The notes under the pieces are model-generated. The model was not told the DNA's origin and did no database searches. It saw only the letters and a program-made list of their open reading frames with translations. The position numbers and the translations under genes were made by a program. DNA of 62,032 nt, counting the filler, from Sphacelaria rigidula (taxonomy: Eukaryota): NCBI GenBank assembly GCA_964200075.2. It is 8 parts of 8 records of this genome, joined end to end, with 100 filler letters (N's around TTAATTAATTAA, not from the genome) between each part and the next. Parts side by side here need not be neighbours in the genome. Positions count along the whole stretch, not along the records: positions 1 to 7,668 come from CAXNAA020013863.1; positions 7,769 to 15,435 come from CAXNAA020013864.1; 6 more parts are not named here. One strand, 5' to 3'. How positions within the stretch are numbered: the first letter of the stretch is position 1; each line of letters begins with the position of its first letter. This document shows positions 1-12,901 of this stretch, piece after piece.

Positions 1-76
1 GAGACACCTCCAACATTCTGGCGCTCATTACTTTCCTTTCGTAGCTCATTACGTTTCTTCCATATATTACACAAGG
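1..76 (-). mobile_element. Fragment of the 3' region of a LINE (subfamily A), cut by the scaffold start
   Basis: GAGACACCTCCAACATT...GCTCATTAC matches 20232-20283 and 58063-58092; its 5' junction abuts a C-run on the minus strand (G-run 84-95). Confidence 0.75.
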
Positions 77-1603
77 AGGAGGCGGGGGGGGGGGGCGCAT
101 TTCACCGTGGCCCCCACCCGTAATGTAATGTACGCCACATTCAATTCCCACTATTTTTTGCAGTATGATTTATTTTATGTTGATTTTTTTTCAAGAACAA
201 CAGTTTTTGTGTTCGTTTTCTGGTTGCGTCGTGTACCCGATTCGGCCACGGCTTTTCGCACTCGCCGGTAGTTTGGAAATACCTGCAAGAATAATAGTCA
301 TTAGTTCTCGTGCGGTACATTGGCACCTTGCACGCGTGGTTGCCGTTGTGGTTCATCACCTTTTGAAGACGTCTTTCATGTTCGTGGCTTGTACGTGATG
401 GGAAAATGCAGATAGTGTATTATGCTGGGAGAAGAGAGCGAACGCTCACTATTCACGACATCAAATATTATTCAGGACTGAAATCATGATGCCGTCGTGT
501 CTTTGCAAGGCATGTGTACAGGTAGTGCCACCACATATGAATTCGGCAGTGGAGAACTTGAGCCTCGAGAGTTTTCCGAATTCAAGACTTTTGGGCACAA
601 ACTGTGATGCCTGCGCAATAATCCCACACTGACGCCTATATAGTGGCTGTTGGTGGCCCACAGAGGACGTGAGGAGTCGAGGTCTATACCAAATATGAGG
701 TTCTCACGTGGTGGCGGTACCTTCATGGCGGAGTTTTGATGATGAATGGGATAGGGTCGAAGCTGCTACTGTACAGTTCTCCAGTTCCCCGGATACCGTA
801 CCTAGTACAGTTCTCGAGTTCTCCAGTAGTACACTGGAGTCCCTATGGCGGACAATATAAAAAATTATCTATAGGTCTGTCCGACCCATTCGCTCCTCAG
901 ACCTGACCTTTCGCAATTTTTCAATTTCTTCGCATGTTCTCATCTCTGGCATTAGACCCCCGTGTGGCAACGATGACGCATGCATACACTCGAGTCCCTC
1001 GGAAAAAGAAAAAATCCTGTCCGTCTGACTAATTTCTCTTCTCGGGTCGGGTCTTATCAAATTGTTTCCGACTCAAAATCGTACGGTGGAATCAAATTTC
1101 CTCGTACCTGATACGTCCACGGCATTCCTGTTGCCAAACATCTGAGAAAATAAATAGCATGGACGAATGAGAAACGAGCGAATCCGATTCGACCGCACGT
1201 TTTCGACACGAAAACAAGTTGATACGATGCAGCCCCAGGGCTGGCCCTTACCAATTTTATGTTTTTTTTCGAATCTTCTCAACCTCGGCGTTCGACCCCC
1301 GTGCGGCAGCGACTGACGGCAGCCACCAAGCAAACGCTTTGCCTGGACAAAATCGCACGTCCTGGTCGTGTCATGTATGTCGACCTTTCACATTTGATCT
1401 AACAATCAATTTGCATTCGTCACTTATTTTTGCATTTCACGTAACAGGGGGTGTACTACGTGGTGGGTCATATGCTACCCCCGTCCCCTCTTTCTCACCG
1501 TTCCCCTTTAATAGGGTTGAGAATATGGTGGGATCGGTTTAGATGAAAGTTTGTGTCATGTCTGGGGGGGGGGGGGGTGGGGTGGTCTGGTGTAGTGGTA
1601 CCG

Positions 1604-1932
1604 ATAGCTGAAACAGGGGATTTTTGTAATTTTTTCGTAGTCGGCGATTTTCAATAGTTGTCCGCGTGCCACCACTGCTCATTCCAGTGAACGTTCGATC
1701 CCGAAGTTTGGAGATCGGGACGTAATAGGCATCCGCTCCACATTCTGAAACAAGAACCATATCTGCGCTCAATAATGAACGATTCACGGGCTGAATTAAC
1801 AGGGAGGAGTGTTATTGACCGTTTTCCGTCCGAAACATATCTCTTTTTGGCTCTCGCGCTATGAAGAGGTGAAAATGAAAAGGAAGGGTCTAGAAGATTG
1901 TTCACAAGAGCGATCAGGGTTGGTTCACCTCC
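1604..1932. repeat. Dispersed non-coding repeat family
   Basis: Homologous to 30119-30303 (same orientation) and to ~30370-30500 and ~30690-30875 (inverted), e.g. shared GGCATCCGCTCCACAT and CAAGAGCGATC. Confidence 0.7.
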
Positions 1933-2290
1933 CCCGCCCCCACCCCCCCCCCCCCCGCCGCCCACCCGCGCCCCAAGCCCGCCCCCGACAGCAACCCCCG
2001 CNNNNNNNNNNTTTTTTTTGGTTTTGGGGTAAGAAAGGGTGAAAAAGAAAAGAAAGGGTTTAAAAAATTTTTCACAAAAGGGATCAGGGTTGGTTCCCCC
2101 CCCCCCCCCCCCCCCCTCCCCTGTGCTGAAAAAAAAGCGCCCAGACTAGGGCTGTGAACTGGAGTAGTTTGTATTGGCGATTGAACTGGAACTGGAGTCC
2201 AAGTGGAACTGATGATGAGGACTCCAGTGTATCCAGTTTATTTAAAGTTTGCTGTCACCGGCTATGTTCATATCAATTGTAGTATAGTCA

Positions 2291-2671
2291 TACACGTGGC
2301 CATTCGGCTACCCCCAAAAATACTCTGTTCCGGTCAACTTTTCGAGCCCCCGGGAGGATTAAACGCTTCCAGAGGGTGTGCGGCCCTCCAGAGGGGTGGG
2401 ATCAAACCCCTCCAGAGGCTTGTTTTGCCTCTGGAGAGCCGCGCATCCCTCCGGAGGAAGTTGGACGATGCGCGGCCCTCCAGAGCACCACATTTTTGTT
2501 TACTCTCGAGGGATTCAGATCTCGGAAGTCACCGCAGCATCAGATGCACTTCAGAGGATACGTTTATGACCGCAACTGGGGATGAAATACCCTCCAAAGG
2601 GTATTTTACCCTCGAGAGGATGAAAATCACGATAGAGGGTTTTCATGGGGGTAGCCGAATGGCTGCGTGTG
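2291..2671. mobile_element. MITE with CAC...GTG TIRs (CACTA/EnSpm-like, family M1)
   Basis: TIRs (T)ACACGTGGCCATTCGGCTACCCCC / GGGGGTAGCCGAATGGCTGCGTGTG; many internal CCTCC(A/G)GAGG palindromic motifs. Confidence 0.75.
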
Positions 2672-2904
2672 GAGTTAATAACAAGTATGCTTACGTTATC
2701 ACGAACAAAATGATTGATGAGCAAAGACTGTCCACACCAAAATTTAGGGTCCAACTCCGAAAGTATTGAATTGCGAATGGGCCGTTTAAAATCCGGGTCG
2801 GTGAAAATTCGGAACAGTATTTTGCTGGCCTCTTACCGGCCCACGTTTGGTGTTCGAGTTTTGAAATTTTGGGTGGGACCTCGCTAGGGCATATTGAACC
2901 AAAA

Positions 2905-2906
<2 letters not shown>

Positions 2907-2974
<68 letters not shown>
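2907..2974. repeat. (GT)n microsatellite
   Basis: Perfect dinucleotide run. Confidence 0.95.
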
Positions 2975-2976
<2 letters not shown>

Positions 2977-3212
2977 ACTGGTTTAGGGCGTTTCAGTATG
3001 TCGACCATTTTTTTACGAGAACGCCCGAACCTTTCCCCCCCCAAAAATAATGAGGGGCTATATTTTTTTTCATTTAGCATACCTTATCCCTGCGTGCTGC
3101 CAGCCTTGGCTTGTTTGCATCCTCTCCTCACGGAGAGTCTTCTGCTGCATACTACAGATGAGGAATTTTCGAATCGCTCACCGGTTTGAACGGGATTTGA
3201 ATGTCATCTCTA

Positions 3213-3494
3213 CACACGCGGCCATTTGGCTACCTCCAAATTTCCCCCAGGTGGGTACACTTTTTTGGTTCCCTCCAGAGGGGTTGAACGCCTCCGGAGG
3301 CTTATTCTTGCCTCCGGAGAGCCGTGCATACCTCCAAATTCCTCCGGAGGCTCCGGAAGGGTGCGCGGCCCTCCGGGTCGGTAGAGTTTGGTCTCCTCTA
3401 GAGGGATGGAAGGCCTCTGGAGGCTTGGTTTCCCCCTGAAGGGCCGCGCATCCCTCCGGAGGCATTTTGGGGTGTAGCCAAATGGCCGCGTGTG
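3213..3494. mobile_element. MITE family M1, complete copy with 2-bp TSD (TA)
   Basis: TA|CACACGCGGCCATTTGGCTAC ... GTAGCCAAATGGCCGCGTGTG|TA. Confidence 0.85.
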
Positions 3495-3754
3495 TAAGAT
3501 TTTTAGCTCCCAAGACTTCTAGCTCCTCGATGTGAGGGGTCACAGTTTCTACAATTTTCAACATTTTTGAAGGAAAAACAAGTCAAATAACGCAATCTTT
3601 CTCGTCTCCGGCGGCGCTACCGCGCGGCCCCGTCACCAGCCGGGGGAGGGGCTTCGACGATTAGCTGGAAAAACATCGATGTACTGGCCACTGGTGCGGC
3701 TAGTTTAGGCTTGACTGGCCAAAGCAGCCAGTACACAGCCCTAGCTCAGACTCA

Positions 3755-4140
3755 AAAGTACACGAGGAAGAATACCTGGAGATATACGAGGGGTTTACAG
3801 AGGGGATAGGGGCGGAAATATATCTCCATGGCCCAATGAACGCGGCGAAAATTTTGGAACTGCGGTTTGGGGCGGAAAGAAGAAAAGTATATACCAGTAG
3901 TAGTCGAGTGGAGGAGGAAGTACATGCACAGAATTGCCGCTGTGGCAAAGCAATAGAGAGCACATACAAGGAGGAACGATTTCATGCCCCTTCGTACAAG
4001 GAGGGGGGAATGAGGGACGTGAACGAAGGTGGCATGAAATCGTGTGATGCACTTGACAGTAGCGACAAAACGATGGCAATACCAGAAGGAAAATGGTGGC
4101 CACAGACGGCGAAGCAGGAAGGGAATAAGATATATTCATA
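3755..4140 (+). mobile_element. Degenerate LINE ORF2 C-terminal fragment (subfamily A)
   Basis: Peptide ...YLHGPMNAAKILELRF...AQNCRCGKAIES...ALDSSDKTMAIPEGKWWPQTAKQEG is homologous to 58108-58305 (ALDSREKTMAILGDRWWP); Cys motif resembles the post-RT CCHC region. Confidence 0.7.
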
Positions 4141-4180
4141 AATTTCAACCTTCTAAAAACGTTTTCGTGTACCAGCTGGA

Positions 4181-4538
4181 CCAGCAGTGAATCCCGCGTT
4201 CGCTTTCCACACCACAACTTCTCAAGTTTCCCTAATCAGCGCGACTTGAGCGTAAAAACCCAAGGGTCAGAACCTGGAGACTGGGTAGTCGCAGGATCCC
4301 CAAGGATCGGCCAGCCCGTGACTTGTTCAATTTTCTGTGCAGAAATGTGGAGCCCTAAAACTGTGTAGGGGTTCCCCGTCTTTCATTTTCCCAAGCAGGT
4401 CAAAGGTACCTTTTGCCTCGTTTTCGGGGTGACCAAAGGAACTCCTCTCGAGCCCGGAAATACGAGCTGAGCCAGCAGTAAATCCCGCGTTCGCTCTCCA
4501 CACCACAACTTTCAGGTTTTCCAATTCAGCGCGACTTC
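4181..4538. repeat. Pair of ~70-bp direct repeats (4181-4248 and 4472-4538)
   Basis: CCAGCAGT(G/A)AATCCCGCGTTCGCT(T/C)TCCACACCACAACTT...CAGCGCGACTT occurs twice. Confidence 0.75.
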
Positions 4539-5115
4539 ATCATAATTTTGTATATCGCTGGGAATTGCAGGCCAACCTGGTGACACACGGCACCGTCGCT
4601 GAGTGAAGAAAAAAAGAAGAAAGCGCTGCATATTACGGAGGCAAATATCCAGAGACATGCCCTTCCTGATTATATCGATTTCCAGGCGATGAACTGTGCG
4701 AAACAGATCCGTTGCGTTTTGGTGGTCCAGTCAGGCAAATATGAGGGGGTGTAAATATATAAGTATGATGGATGGTGACTACTCGAGTACAAGGATATGA
4801 AGTAAGGGACACCCAACTACAAAAAGAGTACGGACACAACGGGCACAGGACCGCCTCCTTCCCTGCGTGGTCTACATGGCAAGCTGATCGCACGACAGTT
4901 AGTCGGCATATCGTTCCACCCCATGCAACATATATATATATATATGTATCACTCATCAGGAGAAACGGACCGCTGACAAGTGTGTGAAATTGAGCGACAT
5001 TGAGACGCTGCTCATTTTTTTTTTTGTGGTAACCATACTCGCCAGTACGACAATCAATCCATAATGATCAAACGCTGTCTTTTTCTTGTTGTCAATCGTC
5101 GGCCTCCCCTAGTTG

Positions 5116-5171
<56 letters not shown>

Positions 5172-6424
5172 TACCCCACAACCCACANNNNNNNNNNGCC
5201 TTCCGTCCCGCCTTCTCCCCCCCCCCCCCCCCATTCCCTCCCGCCAGTCTTGCATTATAAATCCGACAACAGCGATCAATACAACATACCATTACACGGA
5301 TCAACGGGAAAACGGGACGCGAACCGGAACATAACTCTATCAGAGCATAAAAAATATAGTACACGGAATATAATATAAAGCAGAGCACCGCGTGGGAAAA
5401 AACATGTACAGTACCATGATCATGCATAATCACCAAACCGTGTGAAGAGAAAAAATATTTACTCAAATGCACACAACTGATGACAAGCAATTGAGGCCCC
5501 GGGACCCCCGCGCGCGCGCAAGAATTCAAAGTCAATGAGGCCCCGGATCATTTTTCAATTTGATCATAAAAGAAAATGCAACAGCAACAGCACACATGAA
5601 ATTACCTCCTAGTTTCAACAAGCACAGTCGGGTGACTCAACGCAGGTCAGTAACAGGAAGTAATACTCAAGCCTGAATCTCAGAGTGCGCCAGGCGGCTG
5701 GAAAATGGCAACTATTGCACGACGTTGCGAGCTGATGGGACACAGGTGTCGCAGAGAAATAATTTGGAGAAACAGAAAGAGACACTTTGTATCTCCGTCT
5801 CCCTGTCGAGAACAAACATGGCGCTCAACTTTATGCATAAGCATAGTCGGTGGCTATCTATCAGCCACCATAACTTTCCAATAATGTCGACCGTTGAGAG
5901 CTTTATTTCACAGGGCACATGAAAGCGGAGCAAGCGCGATGAAATAAAAAATAAACACCGTACCGTCAGGCACTCAGCACCTCTCAAACCACGAATTTGC
6001 TGATTGATATCCTTAAACCCAGTTCTTTCGCGGAGGGAGAAGGCGCTCTGTCTTGGTGCCCCCCCGCCCCACGACCTCGCGTTCATTTGCAAGTTAATTG
6101 TGTGTTCCATCTCTTGAACACGGTGGACATTACTCCAACCACCAAGAAAAAAGACAAGAACCGCTGGTCATACCGAATATTTTCCATGATAGCTTGAGAT
6201 AGCACAGTCCTTTAGTCATCGCGCAGTGCTGTCACACTCCCGAACCCCGATGTTGAGCCCTCTCCCGCTAGCCCTTTCGTTGCTCTTCTTTACGAAAAAG
6301 AGCAATTGTCCTGCCTCCGCAAACTCCAGTCGTCCGCACCCCTTTCCTCCCGCCTCCCAAGAAATCACAAGAAGTCATCACCCTCGTCATCCATGGCTGG
6401 ATATAACCATCTACAGAAGGCGTG

Positions 6425-6500
6425 TTTCATGACTGGATTCGATCCCGCCACATTCACGGTGTCCTGTGGTAGGGGCCCGGTACCAAGTGAGACATTTCTC
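6425..6500 (-). mobile_element. Possible tRNA-derived SINE head (degenerate Pol III A/B boxes)
   Basis: Minus strand TGTCTCACTTGGTA (A-box-like) and GGGATCGAATCC (B-box-like) at tRNA-like spacing; no acceptor stem. Confidence 0.3.
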
Positions 6501-7668
6501 CACCACAGGAAAGTAATCGTTTGGGGACAAATATCCATACTACTGGGTCGAAAATCTTTGCACACTGCCCGAGGACAAATATACGGACAGAGGGCAGGTG
6601 GGTCGGGCAGGGGATGGGACGTGGAGCAGCAAATATGTTAGCTCTTTTGCATTGCAGCAGGCTACGTTATATGCCACCCAATTCCCTCGTCCTCACCCTT
6701 CCCCACCCTCGTCTCCCCACCCCTTATCAACTGTCTTCAACTCAGTTTCCTCGGTAACTGCGGCGCCAGCCGAATACCGAATGCCGCTAAAACTTGTGTT
6801 TCAGGAAAGATATCATTGTCATCACTCTTCAGACGAGATGTCTTCCTTCTCGAATAACAAGGACCCATCTATAGAGGAAATCAAGGCTGAACCTTGGCCA
6901 CCCAAGCGTGCTACAAGCTGCCACCTACGGTACTTACCCAGCCGCGCATTTTCGCCGGAGGGGAGGGGGGGGGGGGAGAAGGACAGAGATGAATGCCTTC
7001 AAAACGTCTTCATGCAGCATCGCCACGCGTAAACGTCATTCGGAACATTCCCACCAGGATGGGGTACAACTTGTTCTCTTCTCTTGTCCTGTCCTGTCTA
7101 TGACTATGGTCATTGGCCAGTCACACATGCAATGCAGTACGTCATACATGCAGTGCAGTACGTGAAAACAACGTACGCCGCCGTGCTCCACCGGTCCCTG
7201 CCGACAAACGCAGACACGTCCTAGACTACAGTACGCCAAGCTACACCGCGCTGTACGCACTAGCCGAATGCCACATCGCGGTCGATAAAAAAAAGTTGAC
7301 ATTCCGCCGTCTGGTATACGAAAACTACGCGGCTCAACATGACAAATCATTTGTGCAAAAGAAAAAAGCACTCGTCCTACTAGCCCTCAGCTACCCGCAT
7401 CTCGGCTATCCACGCGCACTAATCACACAATTCTGTGTTTTGCGTCATGCGTCCGTCTCCAACTTCCTCAACAACAATCCGTACTGCCCGCATGGGGAGA
7501 GGGGAGAGTGGCACGACAAGGAGCCGCTACTGCAATTCGATAGCACCGATGACCTGTCCATTAGGCACGCGCGCACTCCGGGAATAGTTTAACATACAAC
7601 GCACGTGAGGGTTATATGGGGTGGGCTGGGCTGGGTGGGGGATGTTTACAGCCGGCCTTCACGGTCAT

Positions 7669-7768
7669 NNNNNNNNNNNNNNNNNNNNNNNNNNNNNNNN
7701 NNNNNNNNNNNNTTAATTAATTAANNNNNNNNNNNNNNNNNNNNNNNNNNNNNNNNNNNNNNNNNNNN
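7669..7768. other. Artificial scaffold spacer
   Basis: N44-TTAATTAATTAA-N44 (stops in all six frames). Confidence 0.99.
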
Positions 7769-8021
7769 GGAGAAGTCCCTCACTGAATAGCCCTCTTGTC
7801 CAGATCGTCTGGCAGAGGCTACAGGGCTATTGTTATGGTATTTGAAGGAACTGGCAGGGACTGCGGCTTCCCCGTCCGCCCGCCAGGTTTGAAAGGACAG
7901 CACAGTTTTTGGGACCGCATGTAACCCCCACGGGGGAACACAGAGTTTCTCGTCAATGAAAATGCCCGTCTTCCTACCTGCAAACAGTTCGATGCCCGTT
8001 GGTTTCTAATAAGAACGTTAA

Positions 8022-8118
8022 CCCTTCGACCGCGAGATTGGTCTTTCTGGATCATGCATACTTTTTTCACTTGAAATTGATGCCGATTCAACAGAATACT
8101 AACCTCGCGGTCTAAGGA
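8022..8118. mobile_element. ~100-bp piggyBac-type MITE (family P1), solo copy
   Basis: TTAA|CCCTTCGACCGCG ... CGCGGTCTAAGGA|TTA; core GATGCCGATTCAACAG is shared with the array at 47094-47720. Confidence 0.8.
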
Positions 8119-9214
8119 TTACATTGTCGATTTGTGATGATACTGTACTGATTGGCAGATGATGCCAATGCCAGGAAAGATTCATAGTGCTGTTCGCCCT
8201 ATCTTTGAACTTTTGAACGGACCCAAAACGGACACTTTCCCTCGGGTAAGGAGAGTCATTTCAACCATGTCAACGTACTTTGAAAAAACGAACCCTTTCG
8301 ATTCCAAAGGTGTTTCGAATTTTTCGGTTACATAAAAAATTGTTACACTACCCAGTGTGATCTCTTTAGGCAGACGCTTTGCTGTGCAGGCGGGAGGCAG
8401 TCAGTAGAGTAGATCAACGAAAGCTCCAGATCGCAGCTCACGCACCCCTCTGCACGATGCTAGCAACAGTTAGGTCACCACCGTAGGTATCTTTCTTCAC
8501 TCTCCATATCGAGAAGGTAATCACAAGTGGTTGATATCTTGTGCGCTCCCCCCAACTGACGTGTGGTCAAGCGCCCGGTTGGGGGTGGGGGGAAATCGAC
8601 GATGAATAACACCCCCTAAGTTAACATTGGATCTATCTGGTTTTGCCGCAGCACCGTCCTTGCGGGCATATGTGTGACAAAGAGCAGAAGTAGCGGTGAC
8701 GGAAAGATTGCCCTGTTTTTCAACGACGTGTATGTTTTTCAGCGCACAGAGGCGCGTGCTGTCCAGAAGGAGAGCCAGAGGGAAATTGATCTTCACGTCA
8801 TTGAGGTGCTCAGACAAGACGAAGAGACGAAATCTCTCCGCAGCTCGGTATTTCGGCACAACATGGAAAATTGGGTACATGCTGGTAACATCGATGATTT
8901 CAGCCTCGAGCGCTTGGTAATCGCCGAGCGAGGACACACAAAGGACACGGGCGAGGAGCTTCCTCTCTGTTGTTGCTCCTCTCTCTGGTGATATCGTCAT
9001 CAATACACGTGTACACCGCATTCGTTGGGTGCACCTAGCCCGAACTGCCCAACTCCTCCTGCGGAGTTTTGGGAGGAAATACTTTCCTTTAGCGTTACTG
9101 TTTGATATTTTCCCAACGAAAAAGATTTGCGGGTTGAACCTCATTTTTCGGTTCTACACCAAAAATTAGGACCCGCTGTTGACTCTCAATCTCACGAAAA
9201 CAGTGTTATACTAC

Positions 9215-9493
9215 ATAAACGAATCCTCTGGAGGGCATCTGATGCTCCAGTGATTTCTGAGGTCCGCATCCCTCGAGAATGACAAAAAAGATGGTGGTCT
9301 GGAGAGTCGCGCATCCTCCAAACTTCTCCGGAGGGATGCGCGGTCCTCCAGAAGCAAAATAAGCCTCTCTGGAAGCGTTTGATCCCAACACTCTGGAGGG
9401 ACGCGCGCCCTCCGGAGGCGTTCAAGTCCTCTGGAGACTCGGAAAGTTGACCGGCATAAAGTATTTTCGGGGGAACCCGAATGGCCGCGTGTG
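9215..9493 (-). mobile_element. Partial MITE family M1, inverted relative to 2291-2570
   Basis: Reverse-complement homology to 2291-2570, ending in CCGAATGGCCGCGTGTG. Confidence 0.75.
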
Positions 9494-11450
9494 TGTTTCT
9501 GTCACGAAGACTCAACGCGATCGACCCCTTCACCATAAGGCTGGGCGATCTGGGTCTCGCGGTCATTTGTCAAGCAGTAATGATGCCGAGTCAACAGATG
9601 ACCCACCCGGGAAGCCGAAGAGTCATCGCTCTTTGTACCCTTCAGGGTCGGGGATGTCCTTGCGGAATCACCACATTCATATGAAAAAATGGTGATTATG
9701 ATGCTCAATCCAGAAGTACACGCCTCCCGCGCTGTAGGGGCTAAGCGCCAATGGGGTCATTTCGATGTTTCTGGTCGCTACGACGTAACACATTTTAATT
9801 GTGATCTGGTTTTATTTGCACCTACTGGTTATGACATGACTGACCGCGTGGTTATAACAACACCGTATGTTCGGTGTATACCTGAATTGTGTGGAATTGA
9901 TGCACGGGACTGAGTGTACCCTCCTCTCTGAACTGAAACCATTCACGGGCGATCCACTCACGCCAGTATTAGACGGCTCCCTGTACTGTACCGATCAAGT
10001 ACGATGACAACCTTCGGCATTCACGCAACACATGGACATGCAACAGTAATCACACACATACATTTGTAGCACGCTCCTCAGCCAAATCACGAGTTGATTG
10101 ATTTGAGCGTCAAATATGAACTAATATTTTCTATTGATCGATTGTAGCACTTGAGCTAACCCCAAGGATCCAGCCGTGGTCACATGATATATCCATCTCC
10201 TAGAAATCTAGCCGTCATCACAAGATACACGTACCGAAGGCGAACGACATGGAATCGCTCGCTCAGCAGACACGACGGAAAACAACCTCTTCGCACCGTT
10301 GTTATAGCTGCTCTTATTGGCCGTTCTAAGTGGGTAGGAGACACAACAGGGAAATGGCACAAAGGTTTTTGAATGGCGAAAAAAAAAAGTCCACCCCGTG
10401 ACGTCAGCCATGTCCACAACTCCTTCCGCTCGAGTCGGAAGTTAATGGTATTGGCCGTAAAACATGGGATATCAACAGGTCATTATCAATTCTCGAGTTT
10501 TTTTTCCGGACCAATTCGAAAACTATGCGCCACTTTGCCCTTCCCGTTTACTAAATCCAGAAGTGTGCCATTACGCCACGAGGGATGCGTGCTCTTCACT
10601 ACTCTCCACCAACCACGCACTGCCTTGTGCCTTTCAGCGAAATACGCTACACAAAAAGTGCAGATAGTTCAGCGTGTGTAGATGATTCCTGGGGCACCCC
10701 TCCTCACCATGTCTAGGATATGAACGGATCAGTTGATGTGCAACAAGCGGTCGAACCAATCAATCAAAAATATTGAATAGTGCTACTGCTGATGCCTCAA
10801 GCATTTACCGCTGCGTCCTCTGCTTGTCCGCAAAGAATACCACATGCCAACGTCAGAAACAACTCAAAACCCAAAACACCAGCACAACACATCGCAGTTG
10901 TGCGAACCGGCGAAACTTACTTTTTCGACCGAACCTAGCTCAACCCCAACATCGGGGTGGAGCGATTCAAATTCGTCCGATCAAAATACCCCGACAACTT
11001 CGAACAAAAAAACAGCGGGTCTGTTTTGTAAAATCAGGTGATCATCAACACCGACCCGAAGAGGCAAAGCCAAGGCGGGGAGGCAAGGAGTGAGACGCTA
11101 TCCCGACCATCGGCAAGTGTCGCCGCGTAATATAGCCGACCGTACGCTACAACACAAGCAATGTACCTAATCACCTCCGCCACAGACAGACAGGCACGCA
11201 CGAACGCATGCAGGTAGGCGAACACTCTTCATGTAGAACACGTCCGACTCGAGCTCGAGTGGGGATCACGGAACCTCGCAACCACAAATTTTTCGACTCA
11301 CTTGTATGAGAAAGGGAAAGAAACACCGATAAAGGTAAGAAGGAGGGAAACACAACATTCTGATCCTGGAGTGCCACAGCGTACCGAACCGAACCGAACC
11401 GAACCGGCAAAACTCCTCAACAATACTGAACAAATTACATAATTGTCCCA

Positions 11451-12852
11451 TTATTTTCCCTTGGTCTCTTGTACTCCTGCTATTCCTGCTGCTGCCTGTG
11501 CCATTGCTGCTGGTGTCGAAGCGTCTCCCCCGCTCTCCTCTCCTTCCCCGGTGTAGGCGCCCCCCCCTCCCTCGTATTCGGACTCGTCTTCCTGCTTGGC
11601 CTCCACGGCCAACTGATCGGCGATTATGTACTTGACCCTGTTTGGTTTCATCAGTTCGTCGGTTGATTAGAGGAAGTCCATATCGTTTGGTCATTCAGGG
11701 TGTCTGTGCATGACGCGTACAAGAAGAGGCAACACAAAAGCCGACAGCGACAAGTCTAACTGCAGAAAGGCCAAAACCACGTCAAGGAAAAACGACAATC
11801 AGCTTTTGACTCCTGAATTGTCCGAAGAGGCACAACGCAGTGATTGTGATATCTTTGTAGGGAAAAAAAAAAATATATATATACTACAGTACGAAGCAGC
11901 ATCTTGCGTGGTATCCATTGAAACCCCCATTGAGAAAAGCGTGTCCATTTTCAAAGTGGGATCACAAACCTTTCCATTGCCACACATACATGGGCGCACC
12001 GGAAAAATGACTGCATACTCCACATGAAAAGGGTTGACCTTTTCGGCCATGTTTGTATGCCTGGTGTAAGCGTTGTACCGTTTGTCCTATCTTTCCTGTT
12101 GCTTTAATCGCTTCATCTTCTGCATTTTGTCAAGTTCCCCTTCCACGAGTGCTTTCTTTCTGTTGAAAGCATCTTGGGGTTACGTCTACCTCGTAATCAC
12201 GCCTGGATCCCTCTCGTGGATTATGGATAATGATCAGTTTATGGACGATCATCGATCAATCAGTCAAACGATACGGCGCACCAGCCCACGAAGCCTGTCA
12301 GTACAATCCACAGCAAGGGCGGCGTGTACATTCTGTCCGGGAGTTCCACGAGTTCTTCTTCTACTTGCCTGACGCAGCACTTTCGGAACAGTTTCTCCAA
12401 GAGGTCGTAGGGTGCCTCCATCATGAGCACGTTGTGCAGCGTCATGAGGATGCCGCCGATCTTCCTCAGTCGCCGCATGAGCCTGAACTTGTCGAAGGAG
12501 CTCACGGGTTCGATCGGCTTGAACGAGTTCGCGCTGATCACCTTTAGGCCAAATAGAAAAATAATAAAAATAAAAAATAAACATCAAAAAAATAATAGTG
12601 GAGAGAACGAAAAGGCAGCATCACCGCAACAGCACCAGCAGCAAATCATTACTGACAGCACTGGACGTCAACGTACTGCGGAGAACAGCGTGAGATGTCC
12701 ACGTAACGACATTCAAAAAGAGAGTTCAAGAGGTGAAATATTTGTCGTCGAGAAAAGTCACACACAGACATGGACAGAGACGTAGATATGGATACAAACA
12801 TGAAACACAACAACAACAAAAACACACATGGAGAGCGACGGAGAGATAGAGG

Positions 12853-12901
<49 letters not shown>

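Noticed and set aside
2012-2100. Tandem duplication of 1845-1932
   Set aside because: It is a homopolymer-degraded copy next to a 10-N gap and poly(C), most likely low-quality read sequence.
2203-2769. 188-aa ORF and similar ORFs at 3050-3564 and 9192-9566
   Set aside because: They are chance open frames across M1 MITE copies.
5064-5378. Poly-Pro/poly-Gly proteins (also 1651-2042)
   Set aside because: They are translations of C/G homopolymers beside N gaps.
7713-7724. Regularly spaced TTAATTAATTAA motif as a biological periodic signal
   Set aside because: It is always embedded in N44 flanks, so it is an artificial six-frame-stop linker.
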